The notes below the pieces were generated by a model. It searched no databases and was not told the DNA's origin. It saw only the letters and a list, made by a program, of their open reading frames with translations. The position numbers and the translations under genes were made by a program. From Tubulanus polymorphus (lineage: Eukaryota > Animalia > Nemertea), in assembly GCF_964204645.1 (NCBI RefSeq), contig NC_134028.1, forward strand, positions 17,925,653 to 17,989,652: 64,000 nt of DNA, read 5' to 3'. Position 1 is the first letter of the stretch; the number at the start of each line of letters is the position of its first letter. Below, piece after piece: positions 10,801 through 20,552 of this stretch.

Positions 10801-12891
10801 ACCATTCAAAGCATTATATTCTTCTATTTCTTGATTAATTGTGCCCAATTTCCTTGATAATTGTTTTATAAATAGATGGGTATCATAGCCTGATAAATTA
10901 TGAAATAATATTGGAACGAAATTTACTTTTTTAGCTTGTAAATTACAATCTTCATGAGCAGCTCCACGATATTTTGAATTTAAATGATCATGATCTCTAA
11001 CTTTTTTATCAAATGAATAAAAACGTTTTTCACAATAACAACAATGAGTTGCATAATTAAAATCAATTTCATCTTCTTTTGTCATAACTATTCTTTTATT
11101 TTTGTTTAATAATATTGCAAAATCACTTTCTAATTCAATCATTTTATCACAAAAATCATTAACTACATTTTCACCTCTAAAAGAAATATATTGACTTTCA
11201 TATAATTCAGGATAATTTGATTTTATATAAATTCCATAAGCAGCAGCTCTTTGATGAACTTTTTTAATTGTATTTATAATTGGTGGGTCTTGTGTTGTGT
11301 CTTCATTTAATTCATTTCCTTTATCCATTGATTTTAATAATTGCTTTTTGTTATATATTTCTTTTCTATCTTGATCAGTTAATTCTTTATTCAACGATTC
11401 GAAATCCCCATAAATTACAAATGGAACAATATTCTTAAATTTATGATTAGTAAATTTCAATTTATAATCTTTTTCTGTTGGCATTATTAATTTGCAAAAA
11501 TCTTTATTATCACATAATTCTTTATGTTTTAATAATGTATTCTCAGTCATAAATTTAGATAAACATTTTCTACATAGATAAATTTTATTATGGTGATCAC
11601 TTTCTGTTCTAAAGAATAAATCAATTTGTTTTAACCACATATAATGTTCATTTTCATCTTTTTTGTAATATAACAAATCTATAGCATTTTCATCATCATA
11701 ATATTCTGTTAAATATAAAGCTTCCAATGTATAATCTTTAATATTTTCCTCTTTTGTCTTTGGTAATTGCATTAATTCAAATACATTAATTTTTAAATTA
11801 TTAACTTTTTCTATTTTAGGAATCATTTTTATAGTTACTGGATATTGATCAATTTTATATAATGTTTCATATTTCCGGTAATTTGTTATTCTAAAACTAT
11901 GCGTCATATCTTCTGTTGGGTGTAAACAACTAATAATTGACCATAGAAAACATTTATTATCTTCATTTTGAACATTTATTACTGCTTTTGTTGTAAATGG
12001 TAATTTAATATAAGATGATGCTTTAATATCCATTTCTGTTGTAAAGTTTGAATCATTTTTAAACATTTTATTACTTTTTGATGTTTTATTCCTTTTTGTA
12101 TTGTAAACATTTAAATCTAAATATATAATTTAATTCAATGTTAAGCCAGAACCATCAAAATATCTTTCTTCAATATGACGTTTAAATTCATTAAATATTT
12201 TTTCTAACTTCTCTTTTATTTGTGTTTTTGAAATAATTTCTTCAGAGTGTGTTTGAATATTATAATTCATTTTTTCTTCTGACTTTATAAAACTTACCTT
12301 CCCAGAGATACTAATTTTTGGATATTCAACATCTGTTATCAAATCTAGTATTTTTTCTATTATTTCATTAAATTTACTATAATCTTCTATTGTTGTTCCT
12401 TTAAAAAATCTAAATATAATAGCTGCAGGACCAATTTTACTATGTAATGTTTCTAAAATTTCAATTGTATCTTTTATTTCTAGTGAATCAATATAATTTC
12501 TAACATTTTCCATGTAAGGTTTATTTAAAATGGATTTAGTTTTTGAAGTTGGTTTTTTTACTTGTTGAGGTTTATCATCAAAATAATCTTTTCCTAAAAC
12601 ATTATTACTCAAATTTTGGCGGTGTTTCTGTGATTCGAGATGTCTATTATAATTCCTTTTTACTATAAATTCATTACAAACTTCACATTTTATTTCATTC
12701 ATATTTTCTAATCTTTCTTTTCTTTCATTGGAATTTTCTGGAGTTTCAAAATCTATTACATTTTTTATATGATTTTCAGTTTTTTCATGTCGTGATTTTT
12801 GGGATTTATCGATGTATTTTTTACAATATTGGCAATAATATTGATTTTTATTAACATTATTGTTTTCTGGCTGGTGTTCATTCTCCCCCAT
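7864..12891 (-). pseudogene. Protein-primed family B DNA polymerase (pPolB) with N-terminal zinc fingers, OTU-like protease, EndoVII-like insertion and an intein; several stops and frameshifts
   Basis: ExoI YGDFES, ExoII FHNLSGYD, FLDSYRF, motif A YIDANNLYGWAM, motif B KLMNNSFYGK, motif C YFD[intein]TDA, then GKFKDE, MYSY, KG and C-terminal DDKR..TLPYGH. OTU-like DNKCFLWS...EHYMW; EndoVII-like CCYC..RDHDH..YRGAAHEDCNL (10939-11043). Confidence 0.95.
8326..9351 (-). mobile_element. Intein with LAGLIDADG (DOD) homing endonuclease, inserted in pPolB motif C (Pol-c-equivalent site)
   Basis: Block A SVTADTPILL starts at 9351 directly after YFD. Block B FVDVTEDHSL (TxxH); block C FIKGFFMGDGS; block E FFIGFYAADG; blocks F/G YVYDLSTEDGTFNCGFPLIAKN end at 8326, with Thr as the +1 residue. 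Two frameshifts, near 9222 and 8640. Confidence 0.95.
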
Positions 12892-13024
12892 TTATTAGGA
12901 AAAAAAATTACTTGTGGTGATGAGTGGTGTCTCGACCGCTCGACCTCTGGTATGAAAGCCTACTTTCCCAATTACTCACATTTTGTATAGATTTTTGTGA
13001 ATTGATCACGGTCGGCCTTTCTGA

Positions 13025-13921
13025 CGGTTTCTTCAAATTGTAGAAATGCAGAAATCGGTGTGTTAATTTTACGGACAATAATACTAAATTGAATTTTACT
13101 TTATCCAGCTCAATTTCAGTAATCATTTCTATTATTCTTTGTTTTTGAAATGATGCAGACGACATAGCCAAATTCACAATCGTTATGAGCCACGATGAAT
13201 GATTTACAATTAAATAAAAAAACTGAGATTTATGCGCTGCTTCTAAAGAATTCAAAACCCAATGCCGAGAGGCACAAAAACAAAAAAAGTGCCGACAACG
13301 GTTTAGAAATAATGTAGATATTACCTTACTCACAAAAAAAAATCAAATCATATAAGATTTGGAAGGGGGCAATATTTTTATGCATAACCTGCAAATGTAA
13401 TACTCAGCGTCTCATAGATAATCATTTACCGACGAAAAAGGAAACTCATCATATCAAAGATGTAACACTTGCTGTGGTTCAAAAGAATCGTTGAAAAATC
13501 GGAAGATCTTTTTCTCTAATTAGACACCCAAACCAATTTGCGAGCGTTTCCATCTACAGCTTAACAGATAAACTTGTGGTAAATAAATAGCCCGCTGATG
13601 AGACAAAAATGTTTATTTTCTCAGCAACCAAATCGTAAACGAGCAAGCAGAGTGAGTGAGTTCGTAGGTCAAATTCGTTTGGATGCAACTGTAGTAAAAA
13701 TATGTTTGCATGCAGCTTATTTAGTCCCAATCGTTTGGTGGTAAGCTTTTTATAATCGGATTGGCTACAACATTTGGTTTGTGAAAATATCCGATCGTGA
13801 AAATAAACCACAGACTGGTTACGACTACATATGCAGCTCTGATGAAACCTTAACATTATCCGTAAAATTAACACACCAATTTTGTTTAGCGTTTCTGCAT
13901 TTCTGCGTTTTGAAGAAACCG
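13025..13921. mobile_element. Non-autonomous Mutator-like element (MITE)
   Basis: Imperfect TIRs CGGTTTCTTCAAA...TTTGAAGAAACCG with shared GGTGTGTTAATTTTACGGA. Exact 9-bp TSD CCTTTCTGA at 13016-13024 and 13922-13930. Confidence 0.85.
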
Positions 13922-13949
13922 CCTTTCTGATTCCGAGATTCTTGGGGTT

Positions 13950-14379
13950 TGACTATATCGTATCACTCACAACCACCTTTTGATGGCTAGGTCTAGTTCC
14001 TATCCATCGATTCTGCTGCCCTCTATATATGATAAAATATAATAAAATATAGGTACTAGTATAGGTGTTAGGGTTTTGCGTTAGGGTCAAACGCCTCAAG
14101 AGGGTGAGCAAAGGTTGCAGAGGGTTAGGGTTAGGGTTAGGTGAGGCACTCAGTGGGATCTCGTCGAGCTCAGTGGTCTAGTGGGGAGAAGTTGCAATCA
14201 ATTGACCCGGGTTCGAGTATCACTCAGTACATTCTATTTTCTCTTCATCATCTTTCCACTATCGTTAAATTTTTGTACAGTCGAACACCTTCATGCGCAT
14301 GCGTTAGAGCCACTGAATTGGAATTAGACCTAAGCCCAACTAGCCTGCAAAGGTTGTTGTGAGTGATACGATATAGTCA
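13950..14379. mobile_element. MITE-like element containing TTAGGG repeats and a tRNA-like segment
   Basis: TIR TGACTATATCGTATCACTCACAAC / GTTGTGAGTGATACGATATAGTCA; GGGTTA repeats at 14122-14142; no TSD seen. Confidence 0.7.
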
Positions 14380-14418
14380 CATCTAGTTTCTTGTCGTAAT
14401 CGATTGACATCTTGATAG

Positions 14419-17400
14419 CAGGGTTCAAAGCGGTCATGGATTTCCTGGAAAGTCATGGATTCAAAAATTGTCAAATCCAGGCCTGGAAAGTCATTGAATT
14501 GCCCCTAAATGTCCCTAGGTCATGGAAAGGTCATGGAATTGCATTTCCATAAACCCTGTGCATAGGATACAGAACCCTGACACATGTTTAAAGGCCTATA
14601 TCCAACAACATGCATCATTGTGTATTCCAGACTGGGACCCACTTAATTGATGAATAATACATATCCTAAGCCCTGGGGACCTAAGTTACTATAAATTGCA
14701 CTCTGAATGCATTGACCATTGAAGTATACCATTGAAGAGGTGTGTTAATTATGATGGCTCATTCCTCAATTCAATCTTCTATTGTAAAGGCTTGCAGTCT
14801 AAATAATGTTAGTCTTGATAATTGCTTGAATTGTAATGAAATTGGTAATTAGCAGTTAAATTAGTAGCGTTTCAGTGTTCAGACTCTACTTATGCCTACC
14901 TATAACATATATAACTGTGATTAATTTCTAAATGACATAAACTGGGTCTGTTAGAACAATGCATTTCACATGGTTAATTTATTAAATATTTCATTCTGAA
15001 ACTAAATAATAGGCCTAGCAAAACTGGGCCTTTCATTAGATATGTATTGCATCTGCATGAGGAAACATCCATCAGAGTTCAGTCCTTAAAGAAATATTCA
15101 GTATGCCCGGAAAGTGTAGATTTAAAGATTCCTGGCTTAATCATGAGGATTATAGTCCTTGGATAGGAAAAACAAAATCAGAATATGAAGCCAGATGTAT
15201 GAAATGTCTTCGGAACTTCAGCATCGCAAATATGGGAGAGGCTGCTTTGAAAAGTCACATTAAAAGTAAACTCCATGTGTCATCGATGACCTTGGCTAAT
15301 TCAACAAGAGGTATTCCTAACATGTTTTCGAGTAATACAACAAGCAGTATTTTGACAGCAAGTAATCGTCAAACATCAAGGTAAGTTAATCATTAATATA
15401 CAGAATTGTTAATATTTTACAATTGAATTTATTACAACTATGTTAGTTATTACAATTATTATTTTTATTTTGCAGGCCAATAATGGACTCATATATTGCA
15501 AAAGATACTGTCCTGAAATCCGAGATAATTTATGCTTTGAATATGATAAACAATCACCACAGTTACAATTCCTGTTCTGGAATGAATGACATACTTAAGG
15601 CATGCTTTCCAGACAGTCAAATAGCCGAGATGTTTTCACTTAGTCAACAGAAAGCAGCATATCTAGTTCGTTTTGGTATTATGCCACATGTAAAGGATCT
15701 AATGAGACGGAAAATCAAAGACCAACAATACGTGTTACTATTCGACGAATCATTGAATCAGCGTACGCAAACTAAACAGTTGGATGTGTTAATTAGGTTC
15801 TGGGACCATGATGTAGTAAGGTCTTCGTATTACGGTTCAGACTTCATTGGACGAGCGACTGCAAAAGATATGCTGCATTCATTTATGGACACATTTGGAG
15901 ATCTCAATTACTCCAATCTTTATCAACTGTCCATGGATGGTCCAAATGTGAATTGGAAATTTTATGAATTGTTGCAACAAGAAATTTCAAGTATGTGTAA
16001 TACTCGAAAGTCTATTCTGAACATAGGCAGCTGTGGCTTACATGTCATGCATAATGCCTTCAAAGCCGGCGACCATGCTACTGACTGGGATTTGGAGTCA
16101 CTTCTTATCAACCTGCGTTATTTGTTCAAAGATGCTCCTGTCAGAAGAGAAATGTTTACTGAGGTCACTGGTAGTCAGAAGTTTCCATATAAATTTTGCT
16201 CTACTAGGTAAGTGAATTGGATTTTAGTTGTTATTAAAATACATGTACTTAATTAGGCAATCCAAATTACCCTGGTTATCAATTATTGTTTTATCTCCTT
16301 GCCGTATGTTAGCAGTTAAACTCAACATTTCTATTTTTGTTTTAGATGGCTGGATAACCTGCCAGCTGCAGAACGTGCGATTGAACTATGGCCGTATATC
16401 ATAAAATTCGTGGAGCACGTTCAAACTTTGAAAAAGGCTAACATACCGACATCGAAACCATATTTATACATAAAAGACTTAGCGTCATCTGATATGGTAT
16501 TGCCGAGACTGCATGCGTATGTATATATTGCAAAAACAGTTACACCGTTCTTAACCATCTACCAGACGGACAGGCCAATGCTGCCATTTTTGGCGGAAGA
16601 CATACATAATGTTCTCCGATTACTGATGAAGCGATTCATCAAAAGTGATATAATTCGGGAAGCAGATACTTTCACTAAGTTGATCAAGATAGATACAAAA
16701 AAGGAATCGAATTATTGCGTTCATTCTAAAATCGACATCGGATTTATCGCGGGGGCAAAAGTTAAGGAACTTATTGCAGTTGGAAAAGCAAGTCAGCGCC
16801 AGTTTCTCGATCTGAGAATGAACACTCGAAAATTTCTTATCAGTTTAGTGGATAAAATAATAGCCAAAGCGCCGATCCAATATTCTTTGGTTAGAAATAT
16901 GGTATGTTTAAATCCGAACGAGCTTGCCGCTAATTGTGACCAAAGTCGCGCTCAGTTCAAGAGAATAATAAGTTTATTGTCGAGCTCGAATCATATAGAT
17001 GATTCGGATTGTGATACCGTGTTAAACCATATGGACGAATTCATCAATAGCGTAGTCGTAAAAACTAAATCGGATTTTTTGAGCTTCAACAAAAAAACAG
17101 ATCGATTAGATACTTTCTATCATAAACATATGCAATGCAATTCATCATTTGATAAATTATGGTCAGTTATAAGCAACCTGCTGTTATTATCTCATGGGCA
17201 GGCTTCTGTAGAGAGGGTTTTCGGTAAATAAGCAGATCGAGGTTGAAAACCTAGCTAATGAATCGTATGAAGCTCAAAGAATGATTGTAGACCACATTCG
17301 ATCCGTAGGTGGTGTGCTGAAAGTACAAATTACCAAGGAGTTACTTCTTTCCGCATCTCAGGCATATTCGAAGTACAAGGCCTATCTGGAGAAATGTAAG

Positions 17401-17979
17401 GCTGATTCAGAAAAAAGTGCTAGGGGTATTAAGCGTAAAGCCGAATGTGACGAATTGGAGAAATTAAAACGAAAAAAGAAATTGCTTGAAATTGACATCG
17501 AGTCGCTCACCACCTCCGCAAATAAGTTTATTGAGCAAGCAGAACAGGCAACAGCTTTAAAAGATGTTCGTCCACTGATTACGAAATCAGTGTCATTCCG
17601 CAAATCGGCCAATGATAAACGTGCAGAAATTAATGACATTTCAGAACTTATTGATAAAAAACAAGAAGCACTAAAAGGACTTTAAGATGTTACTTTGATA
17701 TATCAATGCTTTACCGGTTTAGGTTTATGTAAATAAAAGATTAATCATTTGTCTGCACCATGAAGTATATGAGTATATAATTATGAAATAAAATTAATAT
17801 TCTAACAAATTAATAATTTGTCTTTTTAACGTTTGTTCTTTTATAGTTAAGTTTGTCGTTTCATGGTCATTCCTCGGGGTTTCAGATATGAAATTAGGGT
17901 TGGAGAGGTCATTGAATTGGGATTGAAAAGGTCATGGAAAGTCATTGAATCAGATAGGTCATGGAAGCTTTGTACCCTG
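14419..17979 (+). mobile_element. Full-length hAT-superfamily DNA transposon with 6-bp TSD
   Basis: TIRs CAGGGTTCAAAGC / GCTTTGTACCCTG; subterminal GTCATGGA/GTCATTGA repeats at both ends; TGATAG duplicated at 14413-14418 and 17980-17985. Confidence 0.9.
15103..17685 (+). CDS. hAT-like DDE transposase; exons 15103-15380, 15476-16207 and 16346-17685; one 1-bp frameshift near 17217
   Basis: N-terminal BED-like finger (W..CMKC..H..SKLH), FDES, SMDGPNVN, CGLH (CxxH), TRW across exon junction 2, and ASVER. Two GT-AG introns keep the frame. Restoring one G gives ERGFSVNK and joins ORF 17281-17685. Confidence 0.88.
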
Positions 17980-18910
17980 TGATAGTTTTTCCCGGCTCGT
18001 GGGACCAAATATCCTGACTGTACTAGGACATACGAAAGAAGTTGACTGCTAATTCTGGATGAAAACTGATTTATTCTGTATACCGCCACATAGTTTGGCC
18101 ACAAAGACTCAAAAACATGTGACATATCATGAGACAATTTACATATTTCTCCCGTCATAAACATTAACTATAAACACTATCACATGAGTCGTGACATCAT
18201 GAATGAAAATATTGAAAGCCACATTCACTCAGTTGATGAACTTGATTTCAACAGTAACCGGCCGTCCTGGTTTAATACGTACTGCCCTGAAATTTGAAAA
18301 ACTTATATAGCATCTTCTGATTTTGTTTGTCCCGAGTAGTTAATATTTTTAGTTTGAGTTTTAGTTGTTTTATGTCATTGCCTCAAGGGATCAAAATTGT
18401 CAAGTCCAAAATGCCCATAATTAAACTTGCATAACTGTCGTTCTTTCGCTGGTTAATATTGTTTTCCTATTCCACTTGGTCAATCGTAAGACTAGTATCA
18501 TGCAGTACATTTCCTTGCTTTAATTTGGATTTTTATCGGAGTGTATATTAACGTTTCTTGTGGATGTAATATTGTTTAATAATGCTAAATATAATTCTCT
18601 TGTAAATTAATCAGCCTGATATTGATATGTGAAATGGGGCATCAACATCGATGAGTTGTTTGTATTAATTGGATTAGGTAATTAGTTGTGCTCAAAAGTA
18701 ATATCAGTGTCACAAACATGTCAGTGTCAAAACATGTCAGCAGTACTCATACAGTAGTACTCTCTCCATTATATATAAACAAAAATAATGTTAAGCACAC
18801 AGTTTTCTAGTTGGAGTTGTAAAATAGAAGTTGAAAATAAATCATCTAAATTCAAGATCATGACGTTATTTCAATGATGAGAAAAGGACAAGATATTCAC
18901 GTCATGACAC

Positions 18911-18930
18911 TGGTGGAGAACCTGTGGGCA
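18911..18930 (+). promoter_or_regulatory. Primer-binding site, probably tRNA-Ala
   Basis: TGGTGGAGAACCTGTGGGCA one base after the LTR end; resembles the complement of the tRNA-Ala 3' end. Confidence 0.65.
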
Positions 18931-18993
18931 GTTGTAAAACTGTAACTGCCCGATCCATACCTCTCGAAGCTAGAAGTTGCCCAAGTCAGGAAA

Positions 18994-20056
18994 ATGTACC
19001 AATCACGTCGGAATAGCAGTTTCAACGGTGTATATAACAATGGTAGAAGAACTTTCAGGAAAAAGAAGTGCTTCTCGTGTGGATTTAGAGTCTGGGATAT
19101 ATGGTATCACAAGGAACATCAGTGCTCAGCAAATTCCAAGAGATGTTACAATTGCAGCAAAATAGGACACTATGCCAGGGTATGTTACTCATATTGGTTT
19201 TCTCAAGGCGTGGACTGTACGAGGAAGTCAAAATTTCCGTTACAAAATTGTGTTGTTAATTGCGAACAAAATCAGACTATTGTTTCTGTTTCGAAATGTG
19301 ATGCGGCAAACCAGACAAGTGAAGTTATAAAATTTGATAAAGAAATAATGTGCCAGTCAGAGGTTTCAAATATTAGTGTTCAGACATTGCCGGTTAAACA
19401 CTTCCAAAAGATTAAACATAAAGCGGTTATGTGTGACATTGAATGCGATTGTAAATTAGTGAATCGGGAACTACAGGAACTTAAAGAAAATCAGTCGGTT
19501 TTGGAAATAAGTTACTCGAACAACAAAATCAGTTAAAATTTGTGGAGCAACAATTGGATAAAGCGGAAGCTGAGTTGAATTTTTATAAATCTAAGGAAGT
19601 TCAATGTGCACAACCATGTAAAACAACCTCTGAATCAGACTCAGACTCCGTCCTAGAGGGATTCCCGCGTTTTGAACTTATGAATGAGTGTAATACGTTT
19701 CCAGTGTTCAAACCAAAAACTTACAAAAATATTCGAGATATTTATGTTGAGGTGAATTTGAAGCCATTTTCAGAAGACACTGTTTCTGATCTTAAAATGA
19801 GTATGAAATCAATTTTCCAGAATCTGAATTTGAGTTCCTGAGAGAAATGCTAAAATCTCTGTCGATTTCTGATGTGCTTACTGAGTTATCAGTGCAATTC
19901 GAAATTCATTCCTCTGTATTCATTGTAACGATGCCAACCAAAAAAAGTTCATATCTATTACCGGAGGAACTCGCAATTCGTTATTTACCGAATAATCAAA
20001 ACCGTAAAATTTTCTTGGAGTACGGCGTGAAACGCTACAGAAAAATAATTCAATAA
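18994..20056 (+). pseudogene. Gag nucleocapsid-like zinc-knuckle plus coiled-coil ORF(s), broken into three frames
   Basis: CFSCG..H..HQCSANSKRCYNCSKIGHYARVC is a Gypsy-type double knuckle. No RT, RNase H or integrase motifs before the PPT. Confidence 0.7.
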
Positions 20057-20552
20057 TATTCGTTTTAATGATTCAAGACTAAAATATTTAACTCTTAGTG
20101 AGAAGTTCTGCCGAAACTTTTGGGGCAAAAGTTTTCGAAGAAGGGAGGTGTATCATGCAGTACATTTCCTTGCTTTAATTTGGATTTTTATCGGAGTGTA
20201 TATTAACGTTTCTTGTGGATGTAATATTGTTTGATAATGCTAAATATAATTCTCTTGTAAATTAATCAGCCTGATATTGATATGTGAAATGGGGCATCAA
20301 CATCGATGAGTTGTTTGTATTAATTGGATTAGGTAATTAGTTGTGCACAAAAGTAATATCACTGTCACAAACATGTCAGTGTCAAAACATGTCAGCAGTA
20401 CTCATGCAGTAGTACTCTCTCCATTATATATAAACAAAAATAATGTTAAGCACACAGTTTTCTAGTTGGAGTTGTAAAATAGAAGTTGAAAATAAATCAT
20501 CTAAATTCAAGATCATGACGTTATTTCAATGATGAGAAAAGGACAAGATATT

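Larger units (their letters stand above)
1..12976 (-). mobile_element. Polinton/Maverick (adintovirus-like) endogenous virus, element 1; left part lies outside the window; decayed
   Basis: Very AT-rich, intronless, tightly packed ORFs encoding pPolB, rve integrase, major capsid and penton-like proteins. The putative right terminus TTCCCAATTACT (ends 12976) resembles the TTCCCTATTACT terminus of element 2 and fits the AGT...ACT rule for Polinton ends. Confidence 0.9.

Noticed and set aside
12908-13874. ORFs 12908-13333 and 13554-13874
   Set aside because: They cross the Polinton end or lie inside a MITE, and show no recognisable motifs.
14122-14142. True telomere or chromosome-fusion site
   Set aside because: Only about three perfect units, enclosed within MITE TIRs.
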